Source: Methanobacteriota archaeon (lineage in GTDB: Archaea > Thermoplasmatota > Thermoplasmata > SG8-5). Taken from it: a stretch of DNA of 44,660 nt. Both the position numbers and the translations under genes were made by a program. The notes under the pieces were generated by a model. It saw nothing but the letters and a program-made list of their open reading frames with translations, was not told where the DNA came from and did not search any database. How positions within the stretch are numbered: the first letter of the stretch is position 1; each line of letters begins with the position of its first letter. This document shows positions 8,237 to 18,420 of this stretch, in pieces. The stretch spans positions 1 through 44,660 of the forward strand of contig DAOVAY010000002.1 in assembly GCA_030670795.1 (NCBI GenBank), given 5' to 3'.

Positions 8237-9274
8237 ATGATTGAATACTATCCTTGGTCAATTAAGGAATTAAATAAGTCCATTGAATTGTATAAACAAG
8301 GAAAATTATCAATTCTAGACATTGAAATTGGTGGAAAATGTGAATATACATGTCTATATTGCGATTCTCCAAAAACAGATCCTTCAAGTATCAAGTATAA
8401 GGATGTTGAGAGAATAGTAAATAACACCGAACTTAATTGGATTTTTATTTGCGGATTAGGTGAACCTTTACATCAAAATAATAGACGATTCCTTCATAAG
8501 ATATTGGATTTATGTTATAATAATAATGTTAAGTGCTCTATGTTTACTAATGCTTTTAATCTAGATGATATGATTTTAGATTACTTAGAAAATGATACCT
8601 TATTTCTGATGTATAAGTTAGACACCCTGAAACCAGAAAAAATGCAACAGATATATAACACCATTAAATCCGACAAGATACTATTAAATTTAGCTTTATT
8701 GGAGAAATATCAGCATGATACTAATAACATGACAAATCTTGCAGCATCAATTGTTCCAACGAAATTAAATATAACCGAAATACCAGAAATTGTGAAAAAT
8801 TGCGTAGAAAATAATATTTTTCCTTTAATCGGTCAATTAGAATATGCGGGATCAGCTATTGTGAATTTTAAACAATTACAATTATCAGATTCAGAATTAG
8901 AAGATTTAAAGGCAAATCTTAAAAATATGCTTGGTGAGGAATACCAGATCCCAATATGCCCATCTACAGTTTGTGGGGTATTAGTTAATTATAATAGTAA
9001 AGTGGTGGTTGATAAATCTACTGGGCTGTCGTGTAGTTGGTTTTGGCTAAGAAACCCCGAATTTATAGGATTACTAGATTTTAAATACGATTCAAATTGG
9101 GAATTGATAACCCAAAGCATCATTGATTATAGAAACTTAAAAATCTCCAATATTCAAGAGCTAATAAAATTTCATAAACCACTTCCTTTTGGTGGCTGTG
9201 GCGGTGATATTATTTATTTATTGTCGACTTATTTAGATATCCATCAACAATTTATTTCTACAAAACATTCTTAA
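8237..9274 (+). CDS. radical SAM enzyme of unassigned subfamily
   Basis: It has the CX3CX2C motif GGKCEYTCLYCDS and a glycine-rich SAM motif ICGLGEPL. C-terminal cysteines (ICPSTVC, LSCSW, FGGCGGD) might bind an auxiliary cluster. The track start at 8210 is TTG; I prefer the ATG at 8237, which follows GGGTGGT. Confidence 0.8.
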   Translation: MIEYYPWSIKELNKSIELYKQGKLSILDIEIGGKCEYTCLYCDSPKTDPSSIKYKDVERIVNNTELNWIFICGLGEPLHQNNRRFLHKILDLCYNNNVKCSMFTNAFNLDDMILDYLENDTLFLMYKLDTLKPEKMQQIYNTIKSDKILLNLALLEKYQHDTNNMTNLAASIVPTKLNITEIPEIVKNCVENNIFPLIGQLEYAGSAIVNFKQLQLSDSELEDLKANLKNMLGEEYQIPICPSTVCGVLVNYNSKVVVDKSTGLSCSWFWLRNPEFIGLLDFKYDSNWELITQSIIDYRNLKISNIQELIKFHKPLPFGGCGGDIIYLLSTYLDIHQQFISTKHS

Positions 9275-9511
9275 TTCCTCTTCCACAGATAATGATTTGC
9301 TAGTCATTTTTGGAACAATCATAAAGCACATCTTTTGGTTAATAATATTACCCCTTTTGTCGTGATAGGATTTCTAAGGGTAGTAAACATGCTTCTGTGC
9401 TCAAAGAAAGGTGCCTTCCTACTTTCCCAGTAATCATTTTTTCTCCAATTAAAACTACACCCAGCCTATTAAAAAGCAAATCCTCTTAACTTTGTAGGGT
9501 AGTTAATCGTT

Positions 9512-9994
9512 TTACCAATCCACAACCCAAACACTATCTTCCACTAAATGCACCCAATACCCCTCACCAGGCTTCATAACATAGGTTGGACCCACTTCTT
9601 TAATCCGATAAGGTTCTCCAAGATCGAATACCTCGACACTATCCGCGGTTGTCCCGAACAGAGCATTCGCTACCGTCATAGTGTCGTTAAGGGTGGGATA
9701 ACCGACGAGGTTCCAGCCTGCGTATAAGGGAATAGTAGTAGAGGTCGGAATATAACCACTTACCGTCAGGTTCACGCCTCCAGGTTCAGTTATGTTAATC
9801 CAGAATCCAACCTTGTGATTTAAGGTATCAAAATCATTCAGGGATTCTGGTTTGTAGGTATTGTTCGTTTTCCAAGGCTCTGGGCTCAGCGGATCGTAGA
9901 TTTGGATGATGTCCCATTTGCCTGTAATCGAACTTAGTACTTGGTCAAGGGATTCGTCAGATTGTTCAAGGGGTAAAGAAACGAGGTTCCAGCC
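9512..9994 (-). other. shared C-terminal module (CTD), copy 3 (160 aa)
   Basis: GWNLVSLPLEQSDESLDQVLSSITGKWDIIQIYDPLSPEPWK...KVGFWINITEP...GWNLVGYP...VWVVDW-stop. The first half is very close to copy 1. Confidence 0.85.
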
Positions 9995-11266
9995 CTCGTT
10001 TAATGTAATGTTGTATGTCGGGTCTGGGAAATCAGGGGAGCGCTTGTACATCACTTGATGGTTAACATTTGTTATTTTGTCCCACCATACAAGATGTTTT
10101 GTATCGTTTTCGACTGAAATTCTGGGCCATAAACTCCACCGAGATAGATTATATGATAGCCTTAAATCTGCACTCCAACTAATTCCACTATCATTAGAGC
10201 ATTTATAATAAACTTCATGATGATCACCATCATCTTGTCTATCATCCCAAACAACATAGACATTATCGCCTTCAACATCAATGCTTGGGGAAGCAATACC
10301 AGGTGTAGGCCCTGTAAGTAATTGAGGTGTATTCCAAGTTGCACCATTATCCGTTGAATTTCTATAAAATAATCTATACTCGGGACCTGGCCATGATTCA
10401 TCCAACCAGATTATATGAATCTGCGATCCATTGACCGCAACTGCTGGCTGTGTACTATCGTTGCTACTATCGGTCAATTTTCTTCCAACATCAGGGGTTC
10501 CAAGTCCATCTTCCCAAGTAAATCCATTATCTTTGGTAATCATCCAGTATATTTCCCAATCGCCATCTCTCTCATCACCCCAAACAACTGATATATTAGA
10601 CTCCTCTCCATCCATATTTATAGAAGTAATTGGAGCAGGTGAGAAGGTAATCCTTCGATCTTCGTCAACTCCTTGTCCATTGTCAAATGTAATTCCTCCG
10701 TCAAGGCTCCTGCGATAATATATTTCACCATCTGCTCCATCTCTTTGATCCATCCAAATGATATGAGCATTAGAGATGTTTACAAAAATGTAAGGGCCAC
10801 CAGCATTAACACCATCAGAACTAATTCTTTTCGTTGGATTCCACGTTTCTCCACCATCCGTTGAATTACGATAGTATACTCCATTCCAACCTTCGTAATC
10901 GTTCCACACAAGATGGATGTTGTCATGATAAAGACTAATGTCAGGAAGTCTTACTAAATCTGGACTGCTGGTGAGTGTTTTATTCTGGTTCCACGTTCTG
11001 CCACCATCATTTGATTTTCTATAAATTAAATCCACAGCGTCCTGAACCCAAACCACATATATGCTTTCATTCTTGGACACAAGTGCACAATCTTGATTAG
11101 TAAAAGTATAGTCGCATAAAGGAATGTCATCGCTCCAACCAGCAGGAGTTCCATTTACTTTCTCCACAGGATTCTGGCTTATGCTAACTGGAACGAACAA
11201 TGCTGAAAGCATGAACATTCCTATTATGAAGGAGAACAATGTGAAGCCATTTGCACGCTTCAACAT
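9512..11266 (-). CDS. secreted BNR/Asp-box beta-propeller (sialidase-like fold) protein with the shared CTD
   Basis: Signal peptide: MLKRANGFTLFSFIIGMFMLSALFVPVSIS. There are six Asp-boxes: SNDGGRTW, STDGGETW, SLDGGITF, TKDNGFTW, STDNGATW, SNDSGISW. The protein ends ...KPGEGYWVHLVEDSVWVVDW-stop. Confidence 0.9.
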   Translation of the reverse strand: MLKRANGFTLFSFIIGMFMLSALFVPVSISQNPVEKVNGTPAGWSDDIPLCDYTFTNQDCALVSKNESIYVVWVQDAVDLIYRKSNDGGRTWNQNKTLTSSPDLVRLPDISLYHDNIHLVWNDYEGWNGVYYRNSTDGGETWNPTKRISSDGVNAGGPYIFVNISNAHIIWMDQRDGADGEIYYRRSLDGGITFDNGQGVDEDRRITFSPAPITSINMDGEESNISVVWGDERDGDWEIYWMITKDNGFTWEDGLGTPDVGRKLTDSSNDSTQPAVAVNGSQIHIIWLDESWPGPEYRLFYRNSTDNGATWNTPQLLTGPTPGIASPSIDVEGDNVYVVWDDRQDDGDHHEVYYKCSNDSGISWSADLRLSYNLSRWSLWPRISVENDTKHLVWWDKITNVNHQVMYKRSPDFPDPTYNITLNEGWNLVSLPLEQSDESLDQVLSSITGKWDIIQIYDPLSPEPWKTNNTYKPESLNDFDTLNHKVGFWINITEPGGVNLTVSGYIPTSTTIPLYAGWNLVGYPTLNDTMTVANALFGTTADSVEVFDLGEPYRIKEVGPTYVMKPGEGYWVHLVEDSVWVVDW

Positions 11267-11508
11267 TGATGAATATATTCAGCTCCTTATAAATAAAGTT
11301 ATTGATGAGATTGTCGAAACTATTCATGTTTAGATGTTAATTTAAAAAGAAAATAATTAACAACCCAGTATTGTTTCATGAGCATACTCACATAAAATAC
11401 AAATAGTAGAAATTACACATAGTTATAGTTACAGCGACCTCTCGTTAAGCCTTAAATAGAACGGAGAGAATTGGTACCTAAAATAAGTACCCAAAGGGGT
11501 GAGGAGAA

Positions 11509-14500
11509 ATGGAGAAATATAATAAGAAACCAAAGAAGAAGTTTTCGAGCTTTGTGATAGGGATGTTTATAATATTTTCAGCACTGGCCGTAATGAATAT
11601 TACAACCATGATTGTACGTGCAGAAACTTGGAATGGGGGGTTAACTATCGAAAATGAAACCGTATGGCGTGAAAATTGTAACATTACCATGCAAAATGGA
11701 GACCTTCTCATCAAAAATAATGGTACTCTGGTTTTTAATAATAGTGTAAATTTCACAATTTTATGTAGTTATGCAGGAGAATACGGCATCACAATAGAAT
11801 CGGGTGGCAAGTTTATAATCAACAGCTCAAGTGCGAATACAAAAATCGTCTCTGACCCAGATAATAAAGACCGCACATACCCCTTCACAAACTCCGGCAC
11901 CATCGACTTACTCGGGGCGACGGTGGAGCGGGTTTATGGGGACCCGAGCAACAAGAGCACGACCGGGGGTATCAGGAATAATCCCGGAAGCGTTTGTAAT
12001 TTAACTAATTGTATTATGAAGGATACTGACACCCATGGGCTATATATTGAGGGTAGTTCAGCTAGTGGAGTTGAACTCAACATTGATGGATATGAATTGA
12101 AAAATACCACTTCCGGAGTCCTTGATGGTTCAGGAATATGGATAAAAGGAAATTCCACAGTTGAAATAAATGGTGCAGTAATCAAGAATCTGACAAATCA
12201 TGGCATATATCTTGCTGATGGCTGTAATGACATAACAATAGTGAATAGCACATTTACTAGTAATGGTTATGGAGTCTATATTGACCCCAATGGCACGGTA
12301 CCTCATGACAATTCGATTTATCATAATAATTTTAAAAGTAATTTAGTTCAAGCTTATGACGGAGGTAATGATAACTTATGGAACAAGAGTTATCCTTGGG
12401 CTGGAAACTACTGGGATAATTACACGGGTGTTGACCTCTATAGAACAGAATATCAGAATGTATCTCCAGCTGATGGAATCGGCGATTCGAGTTATGTATT
12501 AAGCACTTTAACTGATAATTTTCCATGGAGGTATGAAATCATAAATGGTCGTTTTCAAAGACCAGTAGTACGCATTGAATCCGATAATGATTTTCATTTG
12601 TCAGAAGGACGTGGCGTAACTGGAGGAGATGGTTCCGCTTCAAATCCATGGATAATTGAAAGGTTTATTATTAATGGTACTGGAACTGGTCCATGTGTAT
12701 ATGTGAAGGATACAACAGAATATTTTACAGTGAGAAATTGTTATTTACACAATATAACAGGTCAATATTCAGGAATAGAAATAAACAATGTAAGCAATTG
12801 TGTAATCAATAATACCAAGGTAAGCTGGATTGAATATAATGGTATTTATGTTACAAAATCTAACGTAACAATTGAGGGATGCACTATTGTAGACTGTAAT
12901 GGGTGTGGAATTGTTGTGGATGACACATTGGACAAAACGATTCTGATCAAAGATAACATTATTAATAGTAACAATGAAACTGGAATCTATTCTTATAAAT
13001 CAAAAGTAAACGTCACGAGCAATTACATTTCATCAAATGGTCCTGCTACTAGAACCATGATTGATGATATGGAAAGTGGTGAAGATGGATGGAATACGAC
13101 AAATAATAGCTTTTGGCATAGAATAAATTCTCAAGGAGATGCGGCAAAAGATTGGCATATTAGTAAAAGTGGGGCATATAGTTGGTGGTATGGAATCGAT
13201 GAAAATGGAACTTATGACAATAATTCCACAAATAATGGAACTCTAACATATTCATCGATTAACCGAGCTAATGAAACCTCTGCTGGGATATCTTTCTGGA
13301 GCTGGGTCGAGACTGATAATGGGAATAATACCGACTTGAGGAAAGTTACTATCAAGAGTGGTCCTAATGAGACAACACACAATATAAGTGGAGAAGATGA
13401 TGAAACATGGGTACAACACTTTCTAGATGTTTCAGAATTTGTAGGGTCATCTATTGATGTGAAATTTAGTTTTGACACTGTTGATGATTCAAATAATTCA
13501 TTTCAAGGTTGGTATATTGATGACCTTGAACTAATAACTCCATTTTATATTAAAGATCCAGATGCTGACGGGTGTGGAATTTATATGTACAGAAGTACAA
13601 ATTGTAATATTACTGATAATAAAATCCGTTCTCAAAAACGATGGGGAATATTAGTAGATGATTTTTCAGAGGGTAATCAAATTATTAGTAATAATATTAC
13701 TCACGATTCTGTTAGCTATGGAATTTATCTAAAACATTATTCTTCCAACAATTTTGTACAATCCAACGAGATATCATTACCATATATTGCAATGAAGATT
13801 GGAGATTATTCTCAAAATAATACGCTATCCAACAACAATATCATTGGTAATTCAACTTCATTAAGTGAAGGAATCACTTTGCTAAAATATTCGAGTAATA
13901 ATATATTAAAGGATAATACAATCACGAACATATGTAAGCATGGGATAAAACTTGATCGTTCTGGTGGAAATATAATAAAAAGCAACACCATACAGGGTAA
14001 AGATTTAATCAATTCATATGGATGTTACATTAATTATTTATCAATGGGTAATAACATATCAAATAATCACCTTTCAAAAAATTATTATGGTGTATATTTT
14101 AAGGAGGGTTCAAGTGATAATATAATTTCACAAAATACTATTACTACTAATAAAGATGGAATATTCGTTAGTCATTCATTATTTAATCAAATCAACAATA
14201 ATATAATCTCACAAAATAGTAGGGATGGCATCTCCATTGAATATTCATCAGGCACAGTAGCAAATAACACAATCACAATATCTTACAACGATACTGGGAT
14301 TAAATGTAAAAAATCTATGATGTGCATTCTTGATAATACTATAGAATCATTATCTGACAACAGTTTTGGATTGATCATCAACGAAAGCGCTTATGTTGAG
14401 ATAGGTCGAAACATAATTAAAAATAACACATATGGCGTGTTTGTAAGCTTGAGCACCCCAATTATCTATGGCAATGATATATCTGATAATTATTATGGAA

Positions 14501-17500
14501 TATTTATCGATTCTACAACCTATGATTCTAAACAAACGACCACGGAATTCACAAATGGGAGCCAAGATAATGCAACCTTTTATCCAGGTGGTGCAACGTT
14601 AGGGTATGAATTTACGAGAAAAAAGAATATCAACCCCTTCACAGATTACCTTCAGTTACCAAGATTTGGTGTACCCCATTATCAAGCTCTTGGAGCGGTG
14701 CATCCTGACGTGCTGTACTTTGAGGATGGTATAGATGGTTACAAGTACTGGATGTACTACACCCCCTTTCCAGGTGATAGTTCTTATAGTGTAGGAGGAT
14801 ATATAGTAGAGAATCCGTGTTTAGTACGTTCCAATGATGGAATAAACTTTACTGATGCAGGGGTAAATAATCCCTTAATCACACCCGGGGAAAATAATGC
14901 ATGGGATCATTCTTGGTTAGCAGACCCTGATGTCATCAAGGTTGGGAATCAGTGGTATATGTATTATACGGGGGTTAATATGACGGGCGGTCAAAAAAAT
15001 AATATAGGCATAGCAATCTCAGATGATGGCAAAACATGGACCAAATATTCAGGAAATCCCATTTCAGATAGTTCTTGGTATTCACCCGATTCAACAAAAG
15101 CTACGACGCCTTCCGTCTATTATAACTCTACAAATGAAACTTACAAAATGTTATATTCATCTATTGATAACTCAAGTATTGGATTTATTCATATGGCCTA
15201 TTCTACAAATGGCACAAATTGGACTGTATATGGAAGTAACCCAGTGCTATCGCCAACTCCAGGGACATGGAACGAAAAACTAATGGGTCACCCTGATGTC
15301 ATATTCCAGGATAATCAATTTAGAATGTATCATGTAGGATCTAAAGGAGGTCATTATAGTCTTGGAGTAATGAACTCTGACCTTATACAAAATGGGACAT
15401 CGTGGACGAATTATGTAACCAATCCAATTTTGAGCCATGACGTTGCAGAACCTTGGGAAAACAGGTATATATATCGTTCCTCACCAGTAATAGTTGATGG
15501 TACTATGAAACTCTATTACAGCGGGTATGGGGCATACCCAAATATCAGTCTAGCTACGGACAGCTTCCCATTAATAAAATTACCAAAGGGTGCGAAGATT
15601 ATCAATGCTTGTTTTGATCTTAAGGGAAATGAAAGTTATACAAATCCTGGGAGTTATACATCGAATGTGGCATTAGATATAGGAGCAGATGGCGAAATAG
15701 AATGGAATCATATTGGCGATTATGGCACTAATATAACAACTATCGATGACTCTAACACGAACATCACATTCACAGAAGCCATTCAAAATTACCTTGATAG
15801 TGCAGAAACCAGTAATGGTAACGTTGAAGTTCCTCTAATCATTTCATCTGATACACCAGGTTGGGTGAATTTAACAAATTTAAGTATTAATTGGAACGCA
15901 CCCATAAACATATCTGGAAACAATTTTATAAGTAACACCTATGGTCTAGATATCACTGCATCATACAACGCTTCCATATATCATAACAACTTTGTCAATA
16001 CAAATAATGCAGATGATAGCGGAACTAACAATACCTGGGACAATGGCTATCCTTCTGGTGGAAATTACTGGAGCGACTACTATGGTAATGACACGAAATC
16101 GGGCGCCAACCAGAACCTATCCGGGAGCGATGGAATTGGAGACACAAATTATACGAATATCGGCAGCGGATCAAGTGTAGACAGGTACCCATTGATGAGA
16201 AGCTCTGCAAAATATAACGGGAAATACTTTAGAAAATCAATACGCATAAACAATAATGACGAATTCACTTCCACTCGTGGGGTCACCAGCGGAAATGGGT
16301 CTGAATCTAATCCCTGGATAATTGAGGATTATGACATTAATGGCACAGGATATGGATGCTGTATCTATATTGGAAACACCACGGATTATGCAGTCGTGAA
16401 AAATAGTGATTTGTTTGATGCTTCTGGGCAGCCTAGTAACGGTTACTACATGAATGCAGGGATTAATCTTTATAATATAACTAATGGCAGTACTGAATAC
16501 AACAACAATTCTAACAATGCGTGTGGTATCTATCTCTCTACAGCATGTAATAATATTTTATCTACCAACAATGTATCTTCAAATAATGGAGAAGGCTTCA
16601 GATTTGACTGGTACAGTTGTAACAACACAGTCACTAACAACACTATTTCAAACAATAACGATGGTATTTATATTACAACTGGATCAAATGACAACACAAT
16701 TACTGCAAATAATATTTCCTCTAACGATGCTTATGGTATTTTCATTTGTGATGACTCATGTAGCAACAATATTACAGATAATGACATAGCATCAAATGAT
16801 GACCATGGTGTTTCAATATTGTCATCGAGTTGCGAGAATAATACCGTCTATCATAACTGTTTTTACAATAACAACAATAGTAATGTACAAGCATACGACG
16901 TCGGAATTAATAACACATGGGACAACGGGTATCCCTCAGGTGGTAACTACTGGAGCGATTTTAACGGTGTTGATTATTATGGAGGTGCAAATCAGACACT
17001 AAATGGTAGCGATGGCATCGGGGATTGGCCTTATAATTTAACTGGTACATCGAGTTCACAGGACAACTATCCACATATGTATCCTGATATGGTTACTTAC
17101 ACATACTGGGCCAAAACTTACAACACTTCAAATAACGACCGTAAGATTAGATCTAGTGAACCAACTTCTGATGGAGGCCTTATTGTAGGTGGTTATACAT
17201 ATACTGCGTCAAGAAATTGGGATTTTCTAGTTCTAAAGTTGTCTTCAAACGGTACTATTGAATGGGAGCAGACCTACGGAGGACCTTATGCTGACGTAGT
17301 ATATTCCATTATCCAGAGTTCAGATGGCAACTATGTTGTAGCAGGATATACGTGTTCCTATGGAAATAGTTATCAGTTTTGGGTGTTAAAATTAAGTCAA
17401 GACAGTGAGGGGGGAGTCATCTGGAATTATACATATGGTGGGAATGGCTGGGATGTGGCGTGTTCGATTCAAGAAACCTTTGCTGACCCATCTACACAAT

Positions 17501-18420
17501 TAAATTCAACTGGCTACATTATTACAGGATACACCACTTCACCTTCTTTTGGTGGAAATGATTTGTGGATCATAAAACTATTTCCAAATGGTACTGTTGA
17601 CTGGCAGAAAAGATATGGCAGCACCAATCATGAATGTGGTTTATCGATTATACAAACATCTGATGGTGGTTATATTGCATGCGGAAGGACAAAATCATTC
17701 GGTGCAAGTAACTATGATGTATGGGTTTTAAAACTTGATGAAGATGGAATCATTGAATGGGAGAAAAGGTATGGTGGAAGTAATTACGACTATGCGACCT
17801 CGATACAAGAAACTGACGATGGTTATATCATAGCTGCAAGCACACAATCATTCGGTGGAGGTAATTGGGACTTCTGGGTGTTAAAACTCAATACAAACGG
17901 TGCTCTGAGCTGGAGCAAGACATATGGAGGTTCAAATGCAGATATTGCTGAAACAATTAGAGAGACATCAGATGGTGGGTATATAGTAACAGGGAGAACC
18001 AATTCATATGGTAAGGGTGGTTACGACGCCTGGACATTAAAGCTGGAGTCTGATGGTGACATAACCTGGCAGAAAACATATGGAGGAAGTGGTACAGAGA
18101 TAACATATTCAATTTTCGAGACATCGGATAGAGACTACATCATGGTGGGACGCGCCTCCACATTCGGTTCAGACGATGACCTTTGGGTGGTCAAGGTAGG
18201 CGCGAATGGTGGAATCACGTTTGATGCTGGTTCCAATGCATATGTAAACGTTACTCCCGTTTCACCAACGAATGCAATCACAACTATTGATGACACTTCA
18301 GCGAGCGTAGCCAATACAATTGTTGAGCCAGTACCTCCATATTCAACAACAATGACTGACCCTAACTGTATAACAATCACTCAGGCAACACCGAGCTATG
18401 GTTGGTGTCCAGACGACTAG
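11509..18420 (+). CDS. giant (2303 aa) secreted multidomain surface protein with no shared CTD: several PbH1 beta-helix blocks, a jelly-roll/MAM-like domain, a GH43/GH130-like propeller-like region, and a 7-repeat YGG beta-propeller
   Basis: ATG at 11509 follows GGTGAGGAG. N-terminal anchor: FSSFVIGMFIIFSALAVMNITTMIV. There are three NosD-type end modules; the string NTWDNGYPSGGNYWSD occurs twice verbatim. A ...SFQGWYIDDLELI jelly-roll end is present. The assignment of the central region (HPDVLYFEDG...WYMYYTG...) to a glycoside-hydrolase-like propeller is tentative. Confidence 0.9.
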   Translation: MEKYNKKPKKKFSSFVIGMFIIFSALAVMNITTMIVRAETWNGGLTIENETVWRENCNITMQNGDLLIKNNGTLVFNNSVNFTILCSYAGEYGITIESGGKFIINSSSANTKIVSDPDNKDRTYPFTNSGTIDLLGATVERVYGDPSNKSTTGGIRNNPGSVCNLTNCIMKDTDTHGLYIEGSSASGVELNIDGYELKNTTSGVLDGSGIWIKGNSTVEINGAVIKNLTNHGIYLADGCNDITIVNSTFTSNGYGVYIDPNGTVPHDNSIYHNNFKSNLVQAYDGGNDNLWNKSYPWAGNYWDNYTGVDLYRTEYQNVSPADGIGDSSYVLSTLTDNFPWRYEIINGRFQRPVVRIESDNDFHLSEGRGVTGGDGSASNPWIIERFIINGTGTGPCVYVKDTTEYFTVRNCYLHNITGQYSGIEINNVSNCVINNTKVSWIEYNGIYVTKSNVTIEGCTIVDCNGCGIVVDDTLDKTILIKDNIINSNNETGIYSYKSKVNVTSNYISSNGPATRTMIDDMESGEDGWNTTNNSFWHRINSQGDAAKDWHISKSGAYSWWYGIDENGTYDNNSTNNGTLTYSSINRANETSAGISFWSWVETDNGNNTDLRKVTIKSGPNETTHNISGEDDETWVQHFLDVSEFVGSSIDVKFSFDTVDDSNNSFQGWYIDDLELITPFYIKDPDADGCGIYMYRSTNCNITDNKIRSQKRWGILVDDFSEGNQIISNNITHDSVSYGIYLKHYSSNNFVQSNEISLPYIAMKIGDYSQNNTLSNNNIIGNSTSLSEGITLLKYSSNNILKDNTITNICKHGIKLDRSGGNIIKSNTIQGKDLINSYGCYINYLSMGNNISNNHLSKNYYGVYFKEGSSDNIISQNTITTNKDGIFVSHSLFNQINNNIISQNSRDGISIEYSSGTVANNTITISYNDTGIKCKKSMMCILDNTIESLSDNSFGLIINESAYVEIGRNIIKNNTYGVFVSLSTPIIYGNDISDNYYGIFIDSTTYDSKQTTTEFTNGSQDNATFYPGGATLGYEFTRKKNINPFTDYLQLPRFGVPHYQALGAVHPDVLYFEDGIDGYKYWMYYTPFPGDSSYSVGGYIVENPCLVRSNDGINFTDAGVNNPLITPGENNAWDHSWLADPDVIKVGNQWYMYYTGVNMTGGQKNNIGIAISDDGKTWTKYSGNPISDSSWYSPDSTKATTPSVYYNSTNETYKMLYSSIDNSSIGFIHMAYSTNGTNWTVYGSNPVLSPTPGTWNEKLMGHPDVIFQDNQFRMYHVGSKGGHYSLGVMNSDLIQNGTSWTNYVTNPILSHDVAEPWENRYIYRSSPVIVDGTMKLYYSGYGAYPNISLATDSFPLIKLPKGAKIINACFDLKGNESYTNPGSYTSNVALDIGADGEIEWNHIGDYGTNITTIDDSNTNITFTEAIQNYLDSAETSNGNVEVPLIISSDTPGWVNLTNLSINWNAPINISGNNFISNTYGLDITASYNASIYHNNFVNTNNADDSGTNNTWDNGYPSGGNYWSDYYGNDTKSGANQNLSGSDGIGDTNYTNIGSGSSVDRYPLMRSSAKYNGKYFRKSIRINNNDEFTSTRGVTSGNGSESNPWIIEDYDINGTGYGCCIYIGNTTDYAVVKNSDLFDASGQPSNGYYMNAGINLYNITNGSTEYNNNSNNACGIYLSTACNNILSTNNVSSNNGEGFRFDWYSCNNTVTNNTISNNNDGIYITTGSNDNTITANNISSNDAYGIFICDDSCSNNITDNDIASNDDHGVSILSSSCENNTVYHNCFYNNNNSNVQAYDVGINNTWDNGYPSGGNYWSDFNGVDYYGGANQTLNGSDGIGDWPYNLTGTSSSQDNYPHMYPDMVTYTYWAKTYNTSNNDRKIRSSEPTSDGGLIVGGYTYTASRNWDFLVLKLSSNGTIEWEQTYGGPYADVVYSIIQSSDGNYVVAGYTCSYGNSYQFWVLKLSQDSEGGVIWNYTYGGNGWDVACSIQETFADPSTQLNSTGYIITGYTTSPSFGGNDLWIIKLFPNGTVDWQKRYGSTNHECGLSIIQTSDGGYIACGRTKSFGASNYDVWVLKLDEDGIIEWEKRYGGSNYDYATSIQETDDGYIIAASTQSFGGGNWDFWVLKLNTNGALSWSKTYGGSNADIAETIRETSDGGYIVTGRTNSYGKGGYDAWTLKLESDGDITWQKTYGGSGTEITYSIFETSDRDYIMVGRASTFGSDDDLWVVKVGANGGITFDAGSNAYVNVTPVSPTNAITTIDDTSASVANTIVEPVPPYSTTMTDPNCITITQATPSYGWCPDD
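17107..18225 (+). repeat. seven ~50-aa coding repeats, probably a 7-bladed beta-propeller
   Basis: The repeat pattern is W-x-K-T-Y-G-G-x(3)-D-x-[AG]-x-S-I-x-E-T-S-D-G-G-Y-I-x(3)-G-x-T-x-S-[FY]-G-x(4)-D-x-W-V-L-K-L-x(2)-x-G. The seven repeats end in VLKLSSNG, VLKLSQDS, IIKLFPNG, VLKLDEDG, VLKLNTNG, TLKLESDG and VVKVGANG. Confidence 0.8.

Noticed and set aside
6206-9509. The AT-rich islet was considered as a prophage, IS element or other autonomous mobile element.
   Set aside because: I see no integrase, transposase, terminal inverted repeats or phage genes. Only the flanking direct repeat, which coincides with a conserved gene end, supports mobility. It is therefore reported as a hypothesis and not annotated as a mobile element.
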